Below, one piece after another: positions 26,751-35,695 of a DNA stretch of 64,000 nt (positions are counted from its first letter, which is position 1; each line of letters starts with the position of its first letter). The translations under genes and the position numbers were made by a program. The stretch is from a virus. The stretch lies in the IMG/VR virus record IMGVR_UViG_3300050821_005343, positions 1 to 64,000 of that record; one strand, written 5' to 3'. Under the pieces are notes generated by a model. It did no database searches. It was not told the origin of the DNA and was given only the letters and a program-made list of their open reading frames with translations.

Positions 26751-27254
26751 TCATTGGTCGACTTTGTTGGCGTTCAGCATGAACGATGGGTCGATGAATA
26801 TTCCACCTTCGGCAGACGATGCGTTGTGGCCCCCATATGGATTGCCAGACGACGCCGCGTCCCCTCCATTTCGGCACACATGCACAGTCCCGTTTTGGGC
26901 TAGAGAGTCGGCTATGTCGTGCAGGCTATCCTTTAGTCCTTTGGTGAGTTCTATTTCGTAAGACCTTGGTACGCCGCCCTTATAGATGGCCCATAGATCG
27001 GCTTTGCCGTCGTCGTCTCTGGCCAACATCCCCACCAGTTCAAAGCAGGTTGGCAGCCCATTCAGGGATGTCATGACGGGAAGCCCAGCGATAGAATTGG
27101 CTGCAAAGGGGCTATAGATAGCCAATAGCGCGAGCAACGCCGACGCCGATACCTTAGTCAGGGTTGGAGCCGACGAGGTTCGGAACAGCCACGCAACAAC
27201 CACACCCATAATCAGCAGCATAGCACCGATTGTAAGGGAGAACTGAGATATCAT
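26751..27254 (-). CDS. Two-TM membrane protein with soluble C-terminal domain
   Basis: Two N-terminal hydrophobic helices; ATGA-coupled. Confidence 0.75.
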   Translation of the reverse strand: MISQFSLTIGAMLLIMGVVVAWLFRTSSAPTLTKVSASALLALLAIYSPFAANSIAGLPVMTSLNGLPTCFELVGMLARDDDGKADLWAIYKGGVPRSYEIELTKGLKDSLHDIADSLAQNGTVHVCRNGGDAASSGNPYGGHNASSAEGGIFIDPSFMLNANKVDQ

Positions 27255-27841
27255 TTTGTGGATACCGGCTTGAGTGGAGGGTCTACGAAAGTCATATCAC
27301 CATTAGGGGAAAGATCAAAAGACGCTACATTGATCGTTTGTTTTTGATATGTGAGCGATATGTCTTTAGAGAACAGCGTCTTCACTTCAGGATTTAGTCC
27401 TGTAATCTCTACGTGCGCGGGCAGAGGGAGGCCGGGGGCACCTTCATGATTGGAAAATCCGAAGAGATTTACGGCTAAGTCGTAATGCCCAGGCTCAATG
27501 CAGCGGAGAGCTATTGTTTCCTTGACGGCGCGCACCTTCGTCGTGGACCCATCTGGTAGATGGATAATGCTGTCTCCCCACCCCTTATTGTCTTGGTCTA
27601 GGGTTGCGCATCCGACCTGCCGAGAGTTGAAAAAAACCGGCATCTTGCGAGGGGTTTGGAGCCATATGTCAACGTCGGCATCGGGCTCAGTGCTCCACTC
27701 GACAGTCAGTAGATACTCGGCTTTTTCATCAACTCCGGCATGAACCGGCTTAGGTGGATTAACGGCGACGATGACGACGCAGACCACGCACAAGAGAAGG
27801 TCTGAGATGCCGATCCAGATGGTGGAGCGGTCGCGGGTCAT
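27251..27841 (-). CDS. ExbD/MotB/ZorB-like anchor with a YfaP/DUF2135-like periplasmic domain
   Basis: WIGISDLLL TM containing Asp; W....D.D.W...LD.D...E.I......G.Y...VN.F. Confidence 0.65.
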   Translation of the reverse strand: MTRDRSTIWIGISDLLLCVVCVVIVAVNPPKPVHAGVDEKAEYLLTVEWSTEPDADVDIWLQTPRKMPVFFNSRQVGCATLDQDNKGWGDSIIHLPDGSTTKVRAVKETIALRCIEPGHYDLAVNLFGFSNHEGAPGLPLPAHVEITGLNPEVKTLFSKDISLTYQKQTINVASFDLSPNGDMTFVDPPLKPVSTK

Positions 27842-27966
27842 AGATGGAAAGCCCAGCCCAGGAAAACACCAAGCGCCACTAGCGTAATCCAGAAGATCAC
27901 AAGCCCCACGGCTTGCTTAACGCCTTGGCGCTGCGCCCAGTCAGGGTCGCTATCCCACGGGCTCAC
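27838..27966 (-). CDS. 42-aa single-TM protein
   Basis: Hand-translated MSPWDSDPDWAQRQGVKQAVGLVIFWITLVALGVFLGWAFHL; GTGA and ATGA overlaps. Confidence 0.65.
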   Translation of the reverse strand: MSPWDSDPDWAQRQGVKQAVGLVIFWITLVALGVFLGWAFHL

Positions 27967-28418
27967 TTCCGCGCCCTCCGAATGCCTTGCTCAAGCGAAT
28001 AGGTCATCACGCCGATAAGAATCGCCGCCGTGCCGCCGCTCGCCGTGGTGAAGAGGGAGGTCGCCAGCGCCGTGAAGCTGGTTGAGCCACCGGCCAGAGA
28101 TTTTGCCTGAAGGGAAAGGCCGATAGCGGTGCCGACGAACCCCAGCATGACCGCCCATCGCTCGGCGTTGTGGCCGAAGTCCGTCGACGGCGGCTTCGTC
28201 ATGAAGTTGTGATTGGCGGCGTAGTTATCCACCAACCACGCCTGCCGTCCCAGATACACAGCGGTCCCGACGAACAGCACCGCAATCACGCTGGTCATCA
28301 TGCTTGCGTCGTTAGCGTAGACCGATTGAGGAACGCCGCGCGTCCACGCAAAGAATGCGAGGCCGGCGCAGGCTAGGCAGATAACGAAGTGGGATAAGAA
28401 GGTGAGGCGGCCGTTCAC
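27963..28418 (-). CDS. MotA/TolQ/ExbB proton-channel family protein
   Basis: Four TMs; LGFVGTAIG and ALATSLFTTASG...AI motifs. Confidence 0.75.
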   Translation of the reverse strand: MNGRLTFLSHFVICLACAGLAFFAWTRGVPQSVYANDASMMTSVIAVLFVGTAVYLGRQAWLVDNYAANHNFMTKPPSTDFGHNAERWAVMLGFVGTAIGLSLQAKSLAGGSTSFTALATSLFTTASGGTAAILIGVMTYSLEQGIRRARK

Positions 28419-28876
28419 AGCTTCAACTCATCTTTTGGGTCGTTGGCAGGCGTGGCGATTTCGTCTTTGCCGCCGACGATGTCCTTGAGGACCATCACGA
28501 TTGCGGGCGGCAAAATCATGGGCGAATACATCAGGTGAGGCTGATGATCCGACCCCTCTAGCTTTAGAGGAACGATGCAGGCTTCCTTGTCGCCCTTAGT
28601 CCAGAATAGAAGGCTAGCTGACTTTGCCTGAACCAACATCGCGCCGTCGCCGGGGGGCAAGCCTTCCGGGGTGATGGCCGACCCGATATAGACGCCCATC
28701 ATAAGGTGGTACTGACCGGCATTCAGCTTGGTGAACTTCGCGCCCTTCGCGTCAGCCTCCATCTTGGAGATGGGCTCGCACTTGGCAGTCGGCGCTTCCG
28801 CCGCCGAAACCGGCAACGCTATGAAACCCATAAGGAACGATTGTACGATTCCGTACATAAGGCATGCGCGCTTCAT
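28415..28876 (-). CDS. Secreted/periplasmic hypothetical protein
   Basis: GGAGG RBS; signal peptide ending VSA-AE. Confidence 0.7.
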   Translation of the reverse strand: MKRACLMYGIVQSFLMGFIALPVSAAEAPTAKCEPISKMEADAKGAKFTKLNAGQYHLMMGVYIGSAITPEGLPPGDGAMLVQAKSASLLFWTKGDKEACIVPLKLEGSDHQPHLMYSPMILPPAIVMVLKDIVGGKDEIATPANDPKDELKL

Positions 28877-28892
28877 TTGTTGAGACCTCCGA

Positions 28893-28926
28893 ATCAAAAA
28901 GGGGCGGCGAGCCGAAGCCCGCCGCC
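28893..28926 (-). terminator. Intrinsic terminator after the lysis genes
   Basis: GGCGGCGGGC-TTCG-GCTCGCCGCC followed by CCTTTTT. Confidence 0.75.
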
Positions 28927-29010
28927 TAGCAAACATTATTTTGCGTGGTATGCAACACTTGTTTTGTAAATTTGCTCTCTATGCAACTAACATATATGTG
29001 GGGGTGGAGA

Positions 29011-29298
29011 TTAACGGGTGCGGTGAGGGCGGAAAATCGAGATGAGTGAATCGATCCCGCCGTGGTGGATGGCGTGCGGATGCGCGACGTGGGGCGCGGG
29101 GCGCGCTGCGGCGACTCGACTCGGCGCGTGGCGCGGGGCGATCACGGGATGCGGGTCGCACTGGATCATCGTAGTGTAGTCGTTAGGACGAGTTACAACC
29201 CACCTGTTGCAGTCATCGTCTGCAAAAGCGCTAGTGGGGAGCGGCGCGAGTAGGGCGAAAATAATCGATGACCGCGCTAAGCTGCTGCTTAATCTCAT
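29011..29298 (-). CDS. Small exported His/Arg-rich protein
   Basis: Signal peptide (AFA-DDD), two Cys; overlaps the upstream gene. Confidence 0.5.
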   Translation of the reverse strand: MRLSSSLARSSIIFALLAPLPTSAFADDDCNRWVVTRPNDYTTMIQCDPHPVIAPRHAPSRVAAARPAPHVAHPHAIHHGGIDSLISIFRPHRTR

Positions 29299-29623
29299 TC
29301 ATCTGCTCCTTTCTTGCCTCGTCGGAGTCCTTTAATATTTGCAGAGTCGCCGCATTCGCATTTTGCGACGCCAGAATCGCAGCTATTGAGGATTCTGTCC
29401 CCTTAACCTCCACGCCTAACGCCGTCACCGTGATCTTCAACGCATCAATGGCGATATCGTCTGCGTGTAACCTTTCCTCCACGGATTTGTCATACTCCTG
29501 GCTATTGTGGCCTTGAGTAAAATAAGTCTGAGAAAGAAATACCAGCGCCGCCCCGACGACCGCCCCCATCGTCCCATTCCACAAGTTTGATCCTGCTCTT
29601 TCACTTAAAACCGGCATATTCAT
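29231..29623 (-). CDS. Single-TM coiled-coil lysis-region protein
   Basis: One TM then a coiled coil; start codon uncertain. Confidence 0.6.
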   Translation of the reverse strand: MNMPVLSERAGSNLWNGTMGAVVGAALVFLSQTYFTQGHNSQEYDKSVEERLHADDIAIDALKITVTALGVEVKGTESSIAAILASQNANAATLQILKDSDEARKEQMNEIKQQLSAVIDYFRPTRAAPH

Positions 29624-29746
29624 AATATTGACAATCCTGCTAGCGCTGGCAGTGACAAACATGATAACGCACGGCCAGCCGTGCGCACGGTCAGGCCGTC
29701 GCCCATGCCCTGCTAGCTGGGCGACGGCCGTCTGGTTTTTAGTTGG

Positions 29747-30118
29747 TTAGCGGGGGATATCCTCGATAGCGCCGGTTTTGGTAAGGCCAACGGCTGGACT
29801 CGCCGATGTTATGGCGACAACCTTGACGAAGGGAACGCTGGGGCTATTCACAACGTCGACAACGGCCGAGGCAACGGCTGGATTGCTGCCCACGGCGGCG
29901 GCCACACCGGCGGGTGAATGCGTCATCACGCCCCATCTGGTTAGCAGAGCGCCGCCGCCCAGGGTTATGGCAGCAGTCAGGGGAACAATAAGTTGCTGTG
30001 CCAGATCGGCAGGAAGGATTCCTTTCAGGACAAAATAAGATCCGGGAGCGAGCGCTACTTGAACCGTACCTCTAACGATGGACGTCCACTGTTCCTGGTT
30101 CAGGATTTGATGGTTCAT
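29747..30118 (-). CDS. Putative holin
   Basis: Hydrophobic helices; ATGA-coupled to the endolysin. Confidence 0.6.
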   Translation of the reverse strand: MNHQILNQEQWTSIVRGTVQVALAPGSYFVLKGILPADLAQQLIVPLTAAITLGGGALLTRWGVMTHSPAGVAAAVGSNPAVASAVVDVVNSPSVPFVKVVAITSASPAVGLTKTGAIEDIPR

Positions 30119-30990
30119 GGCTTTACCGCCGGAGCCGGGGGGACAAGCTTCGCCACTTCCGCGGCGATCAATCCGGGGAGAGATGTGCTCAGTTGCGACG
30201 TGAGCAACGGCACGAGCGTCGTCACTAGCGAGCCGAGATCGAGCGACGGTGCAGGAGTAAGGGTCGCTCCGGCTGCGGGGGTAGCACCCGAAGTCTGGGC
30301 GGAAAGTTGCGTGATAAGCGCCCGGAATAGGCCGGCCGCGAGGGATTCAACGATCGGCGCAAGCGCCGCAATCAATGCTGGGTCCATAAGTGTTACTCCA
30401 AGGGGTGCGGGTGTGGGCGTGGGGGTTGGCGCTGTAGTTGGCGCGGGGGCTGCAGCGACGGGCGGAAGGGGAACTGAGGCCGGAACGGCCGGCGATAGTA
30501 CAGTAGACGGAGGCGTCCAAACTTTTGCAAATTCCTGTGCGAAACCAATACGAATGTCGAGTACACGACCAGCTGCTGAAGGGTGTTCATACTGGTCACA
30601 AATGTTGGCGGTTAAGGTTTCGAGGCTCTTCGTGCCCGCTACCAAATCGTTCCAGAGGCTTTTATACCAGCCTTTAAGTTCGTAGAGGTAAAACGCTGCT
30701 TGTGCCTCAATCGACTGCCAAGCGCCAAACCACTTTACACCAAACGCCTGCATGTTCGACAAGCGCGCCGCTTGCCCCGTACCGCTATCACGCCATTGGA
30801 AGAGACCGTTGGAACCGTGATCTAGGGCACCAACCGTCACACTTTTGTCTTGGTTCTCTCGAGTCGCATTGCCAACTGAGGCTTGAGCTGATCTCGCGGC
30901 AATCCCAGGAATTGCGAGGTTCGGAAATCCTTGGACAAGGTAATTTGCTAGCTGCGTCTGTCGATCGATGAGATTTACCGGATCTGTCAT
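30115..30990 (-). CDS. Endolysin, phage tail-type lysozyme (Phage_lysozyme2) domain
   Basis: VGN...E, GLFQW, R, Q..F..YEL, YE.P motifs; Pro/Thr linker. Confidence 0.8.
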   Translation of the reverse strand: MTDPVNLIDRQTQLANYLVQGFPNLAIPGIAARSAQASVGNATRENQDKSVTVGALDHGSNGLFQWRDSGTGQAARLSNMQAFGVKWFGAWQSIEAQAAFYLYELKGWYKSLWNDLVAGTKSLETLTANICDQYEHPSAAGRVLDIRIGFAQEFAKVWTPPSTVLSPAVPASVPLPPVAAAPAPTTAPTPTPTPAPLGVTLMDPALIAALAPIVESLAAGLFRALITQLSAQTSGATPAAGATLTPAPSLDLGSLVTTLVPLLTSQLSTSLPGLIAAEVAKLVPPAPAVKP

Positions 30991-31000
30991 ACCCTGACCC

Positions 31001-31240
31001 TCACGAAATGGGATGTTGTTTTGTCTGGGTGCCGCGCAAGGTGGCGACTAGCTCTTCAAATCCGAACTCTTTCTCGTATATTTTGGCTGAGAAAAATAAC
31101 TTGCCAGCTAACGATGCCTTGGCCAGGGCCAGAGTCCCGGAAAAATTGTATCGCCGCTTTTGCAGCGTGACCCTGCGGCGGCCCTCGACCCATATTGATT
31201 CGACGATGGCGAACTCTGTAAGCGGCGAAGGATTGATCAC
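31001..31240 (-). CDS. Hypothetical protein
   Basis: GTG start overlapping the GT stop. Confidence 0.4.
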   Translation of the reverse strand: MINPSPLTEFAIVESIWVEGRRRVTLQKRRYNFSGTLALAKASLAGKLFFSAKIYEKEFGFEELVATLRGTQTKQHPIS

Positions 31241-32280
31241 GCGCGTATCTCCATTTCGACAAACGACAGCCAAGCCCTCTCGCTTGCCTCGACGTATTTT
31301 GTCAGGTCATATTGATTGATCTTGGCGTTTCGGATTGGCTGTTCGTAAATGTTAAGCAGATGGTCTCGGATGTCTTTCGCATCGTTCATGGACACCGGCC
31401 CTTGGGTAAACCAAGGGATCTCATCGCATCCCAAGAAAGGAATTCCCTGAACGACCTGATCGGCGCCAACTATGTTGAAGGTTTCGGAGAAGCTGATCTG
31501 CATCGCAATGTCCATATCCGAAGATAGAGACATGAAATCTTCGTGACTGGTCCACGTATGAAGGATCAATTCGTAGCGGCTTGGGTCTAGCTGCCCGAAC
31601 AAGCCGCGCAGATTCTGATCAACGGGCATGCCGTTGGCCTCAACCCGGCCGGTGTTCATGTGGAACTTAAGTCGCTTCTTGCCGACCTTCTGGACGAAAT
31701 CTACTGCGGCAACGGCTTGAATCAGTTGGTTCTTGAGCGGCCTGATGGCGCCGAAGCAGCTTACATCTACCCACGGCTTGTCGTAATCGATCGGCTTGGG
31801 GGCCGTCATAGACGTCGGATAGTAGTTTGGAAGATAGGTGATGTCTTTGTTAAGGACGCCGTGCTTGCCTACGCAGATCGTCTCGATGTCGTATAGCATC
31901 TTGGGCGAATTTGGCGATACCTTAACGTTGGCAAAGCTGACGTAGTCAAGAATCCAATCCATCGCCATGCCTTCGCAGGACATGAAAGGCATGTCGGAAT
32001 GGATTCTAATTACCCATTTAACCTTTGGGTGTAGCTTTTGTAGGATGTGGAATTTTTCTGGAACTACCCATACGGCCTCGATGATGACGATATCCGGCCG
32101 GAACTTAGTTACTTCGCGGTCGATGCTGTTGTTGTCAATGACCACGACCATCTTTGAGTTGATGCCGTTCTTAACCAGCATCTCATTGACGAAGTTTGCC
32201 GAGTTGTACAGACCTGTAGATATCGGAAGGTCGCCTATCTGGCTCTCTCGCCGCTTAAGAACGAAGAGGATCTTTGTCAT
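31237..32280 (-). CDS. Glycosyltransferase (GT-B, GT4-like)
   Basis: PDIVII, FGAIRPLKN, S.SETFNIV.AD....G.P. Confidence 0.82.
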   Translation of the reverse strand: MTKILFVLKRRESQIGDLPISTGLYNSANFVNEMLVKNGINSKMVVVIDNNSIDREVTKFRPDIVIIEAVWVVPEKFHILQKLHPKVKWVIRIHSDMPFMSCEGMAMDWILDYVSFANVKVSPNSPKMLYDIETICVGKHGVLNKDITYLPNYYPTSMTAPKPIDYDKPWVDVSCFGAIRPLKNQLIQAVAAVDFVQKVGKKRLKFHMNTGRVEANGMPVDQNLRGLFGQLDPSRYELILHTWTSHEDFMSLSSDMDIAMQISFSETFNIVGADQVVQGIPFLGCDEIPWFTQGPVSMNDAKDIRDHLLNIYEQPIRNAKINQYDLTKYVEASERAWLSFVEMEIRA

Positions 32281-32350
32281 CGCACGACACTCCTTCAGGT
32301 TATGGACCTATAAACCATAAGTGGCGTGGTATGCAACACTTTGTTTATAA

Positions 32351-35293
32351 TTAATTGGCCTCATAAGCCCCGATGGAAGGCGGATTAGCCCATGCCTTGC
32401 CGGCGTGGTCAGCGATTGGCTGTTGCGGTCCCAAATTGGTCCCCGCCCCTATGATGCCTGGGGTGAAAGTGGCTGTGACGAATATCCAGTTTGGCGTGTC
32501 TGGCACGGCGCCCGCACATCCAGCAGTGCAAGACTTCCACACACCCGCGGGATGATGACCCTGGCCTGTGGGAAGATCTGAGGTAACGACCCCATACGTC
32601 CCGTCGGGTTGTCCTGTCGGAAGGTTGAAGGCTGTCTTGACGGTTGCGACGATAGGAACCGAAGTCCCGGCGAAGGTCGGGTTGGGCCGCAAGTTGATGA
32701 CGCCGCTTGCCCCTACTGAACAAGCGCCCAGATCGGGGAACGAGTTCTCATTGCAGGGGTTGGCGAGCGGCACGGTGTAGCCCTGACCGCCACCGGGAGA
32801 CGAGTTAGTCGCGGGCTGGAGCAGCGGGTTATAGGCGACGAATAGGGAGGAAACCCCTGGCATGCCTGACCGGAAGTCCGTCTGCGTCCATGTGCTTAGG
32901 CCGATGTATTTCCCCAGAGTCGCACCAAAAGAACTGGCCCCACCGCCAATCGGGCAGTAAACCTGAGAGTTCGAGCCGACTCCTGGCGGCAGGAAGGGGA
33001 TGCTTAGATTAGTCTCGACCGTGCTTAAGTCGCCGGCAACAGGATCGCATAGGTTCGGGATTTCTGCTCTCGCGTCGCGCGAAACACCGTCGCCGATGTT
33101 GTTGGCTAGCAGAGCGTGGAGTGGGCCTTTGCCGCCGCCTTTCGGCTGGTTTCCAACCTCGACATCTTTGCCGAGTATGTCGTTATGAACTACAACATTG
33201 TATTGGCCGCTAATTCCTAGGCCGTTTGTTGACGCGACAACGATATTGTCAGCAACATAATCCCCCCAATGGTTATGTTCCGTGGTGTTGATACCTTGCA
33301 TGGTACGGGGGAAGTAGTTAGTCAGATCGGAGAATTGATAGAACTCATTCTCGATTGCCGCGTTGTTGAAGAAGGTATCGGTTGTCGCGGCTGATTCTCC
33401 ACGCCCGTTAGTGTCTCCGTATTGTATACCGTCTTGGTGCGCCCATATCTCAGTTGGGTCAGAATAGTAGTTGTGAACGACCCAATTTCGATGAGTTGAG
33501 TATTCATCGATTCCGTCGCCCGACGCCCATTTTATTTTGTTGTTATATAGGACGGTGTTGGTTGTGTTGCCCATGCCGAGGCCGTCATATACATCGCGGA
33601 TGATACTATCCTTCACGGACATGCATGTTGCCCCGACAAGAAGATTTGGGTGCGTCGGGTCAAAGCTGTGGGCAGTGTCTAACGCGCCGTGGAAAGATAT
33701 CCCAGATACTGAGCCGCCGTCCCAATCGACACTGTTCCAAGCACCGGCAGGTGTTATCTTCATTTGATCGGTGAAGGTGACTTTCTCGCCGGTCAGCGCG
33801 CGGGTCGTTCCGCTCCACGTGGGCGACGTTCCAACAGGGCATCCGCCTGTTTTGGTGGAGCTTCTCACTGCAAGGAATACCGGATCGCAGCCGGGGACGT
33901 TTGACGATAGGCCGGGGTAGTTCGTAGTCGGACAACCAGTGGCCGCGTCGGCGACTGGATCGCACGGCGCGATTGTCGCGACCAAGCCGTTTACGGCTAT
34001 GACCTTAGACCCGCTTGGGATACCTGTGGAGGGAGCAATCGTTACCGACCCATTATGAAAGTACCCAGGAGACCACACGTAATAGCCTAATGGGGCGGGG
34101 GAAGACGTTGTGATGGTAGTTGAGTTAGCGGGCGCAGTCACAGTCAAGATCGGGGGGTCTTGCGCGGCGCGGGCCGAGATCACTGGCGATGCGGTTACGA
34201 CCGTGCCGTCTGACAGCCCCCCGCTATTCGGATAACTGGAAGAAAACCACGGGTCTTCAGAATGGCCAAGCCATCCTGAGACGTGGATATCCTCAAAAAC
34301 GATATCTTTTCCGCTGGCGGAAACCGGGGGGTTGGCGCGATACTGCTCGACGTTGAAGCTCTTGAATAGATAGCCAGCAGCGCCGTTTTGGAGCAGGACT
34401 CTATGAAGGACCGGCCGCGTTGCTGCTGCCGGATCGCCCATGATCCACGTCCAAGCTACAGTCCCGTTCGCCGTCCCGTCGATTGTGCTATAGATGCCAT
34501 TAGTTTCCGTTATGTCACCGATGGGGTGGGTAGCATCTCCCGGTTCGATGTAGATCGTATCGCCGGGTTTAATGATCTTACCAATACCAAAGAGCGCGCC
34601 TCCGGTGTAGCCTGTGCCGCCGTTGAAGATCGCCGAAACGTCCTTGAAAGGAGAGCCGGCGTGTCCGGTCGCGCCGGCGTCCTTGGTCGTCCCTTTGATC
34701 GGGTCAAAGTACCAGACGTGAGCCTGGTCGAGGTTTGGCGAGACAGGCGGAATGTCACAGCCGGGGTAGATCGCGTGGCCCTGCTGTAGGAAGTGCGCGG
34801 GCGAAACAGGGAGGACTGCGGCGGCGGGATTAGTAGTCCAATTGCTCGTCTCAAACGCCGGAGGAGCAACTGGCGCGGACGGCTCAATCGGGCCGAACCA
34901 ATGGCTTGTCTGTGTGGTCGATCCGGTCAAACCATTAACCGTTTCGTCCAGCTCAATCGCTTGCCCGACGACAGCCGGCGTGGCCGAGACATCTACGGTG
35001 AGCGTCGAGCCGGAGCCAAGCGAGACTGTGGGCGCGTTGACCGTGTGCCAGTTGTAGGCCCGAGTAATGACTGAGCCCGTCCACTGCCCTGCCCCTGCCG
35101 TGAGCGTCAGCGTCGTTCCTTGGGCTACGGTGGACGTGCCATTGTTTGGATAATCAAGCCCGACGATCTCCGGGATGGCTGTATTGGCAGGAGCTAGATC
35201 TGCGCTGAGCGTAAACGCGGGAATGGAGGTAGGCGCAGCATGCGCCGCTGCACTTGCCGCAAACACGCACACCAATGCGATTAGCGCCCTCAC
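32351..35293 (-). CDS. Large secreted right-handed beta-helix (polysaccharide lyase-like) protein
   Basis: Signal peptide; IKPGDTIYI.PG, DGI/NN beta-helix repeats, HQDGIQ, C-terminal PSIGAYE. Confidence 0.75.
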   Translation of the reverse strand: MRALIALVCVFAASAAAHAAPTSIPAFTLSADLAPANTAIPEIVGLDYPNNGTSTVAQGTTLTLTAGAGQWTGSVITRAYNWHTVNAPTVSLGSGSTLTVDVSATPAVVGQAIELDETVNGLTGSTTQTSHWFGPIEPSAPVAPPAFETSNWTTNPAAAVLPVSPAHFLQQGHAIYPGCDIPPVSPNLDQAHVWYFDPIKGTTKDAGATGHAGSPFKDVSAIFNGGTGYTGGALFGIGKIIKPGDTIYIEPGDATHPIGDITETNGIYSTIDGTANGTVAWTWIMGDPAAATRPVLHRVLLQNGAAGYLFKSFNVEQYRANPPVSASGKDIVFEDIHVSGWLGHSEDPWFSSSYPNSGGLSDGTVVTASPVISARAAQDPPILTVTAPANSTTITTSSPAPLGYYVWSPGYFHNGSVTIAPSTGIPSGSKVIAVNGLVATIAPCDPVADAATGCPTTNYPGLSSNVPGCDPVFLAVRSSTKTGGCPVGTSPTWSGTTRALTGEKVTFTDQMKITPAGAWNSVDWDGGSVSGISFHGALDTAHSFDPTHPNLLVGATCMSVKDSIIRDVYDGLGMGNTTNTVLYNNKIKWASGDGIDEYSTHRNWVVHNYYSDPTEIWAHQDGIQYGDTNGRGESAATTDTFFNNAAIENEFYQFSDLTNYFPRTMQGINTTEHNHWGDYVADNIVVASTNGLGISGQYNVVVHNDILGKDVEVGNQPKGGGKGPLHALLANNIGDGVSRDARAEIPNLCDPVAGDLSTVETNLSIPFLPPGVGSNSQVYCPIGGGASSFGATLGKYIGLSTWTQTDFRSGMPGVSSLFVAYNPLLQPATNSSPGGGQGYTVPLANPCNENSFPDLGACSVGASGVINLRPNPTFAGTSVPIVATVKTAFNLPTGQPDGTYGVVTSDLPTGQGHHPAGVWKSCTAGCAGAVPDTPNWIFVTATFTPGIIGAGTNLGPQQPIADHAGKAWANPPSIGAYEAN

Positions 35294-35682
35294 GGTGCTG
35301 TTGCTCCAGTTCCGGCCGGGTAGGTCTGTGCGACGCCAGCCGCAACAAGCGCGAGGCTAAATGTTGGCGCGCTAGCCGTACTTGGCACCGAAATATTGAC
35401 CACCCGAAGTGCTGGGTCATTAATTGTTATACCGCTCGGCGTGGTTACCCAACCGACTGGAGACACGACACAGTTGAATATGATGGTTCCAGCAGGCGCG
35501 GCAGAGGCCAGACCAGATGCAGCCGCTGTGGGTGTACAAACCGTACCTGTCGAAGGCGGCCCGCTAAGAGTGAAGCTAGGGATATTGATTGAAGATACTT
35601 GCGCAGACGCGCTGCTAGCGCCGATGATAGATGCGGCGGCTATTGCTCGGATAACGCTTGCGGTCATTTTGAAATTCTCCAA
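35290..35682 (-). CDS. Small secreted Ig-like protein
   Basis: Signal peptide ending ASA-Q; two Cys; Ser/Thr/Ala-rich. Confidence 0.7.
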   Translation of the reverse strand: MENFKMTASVIRAIAAASIIGASSASAQVSSINIPSFTLSGPPSTGTVCTPTAAASGLASAAPAGTIIFNCVVSPVGWVTTPSGITINDPALRVVNISVPSTASAPTFSLALVAAGVAQTYPAGTGATAP

Positions 35683-35695
35683 TGTTTGGGCGGAC

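Noticed and set aside
29011-29623. Rz/Rz1 spanin pair
   Set aside because: The overlap and position fit, but the smaller protein has no lipobox Cys, so the call is not supported.
29628-29740. Antisense sRNA in the lysis cassette
   Set aside because: TTGACA and a strong hairpin are present, but there is no convincing -10 at correct spacing; noted only as a hairpin.
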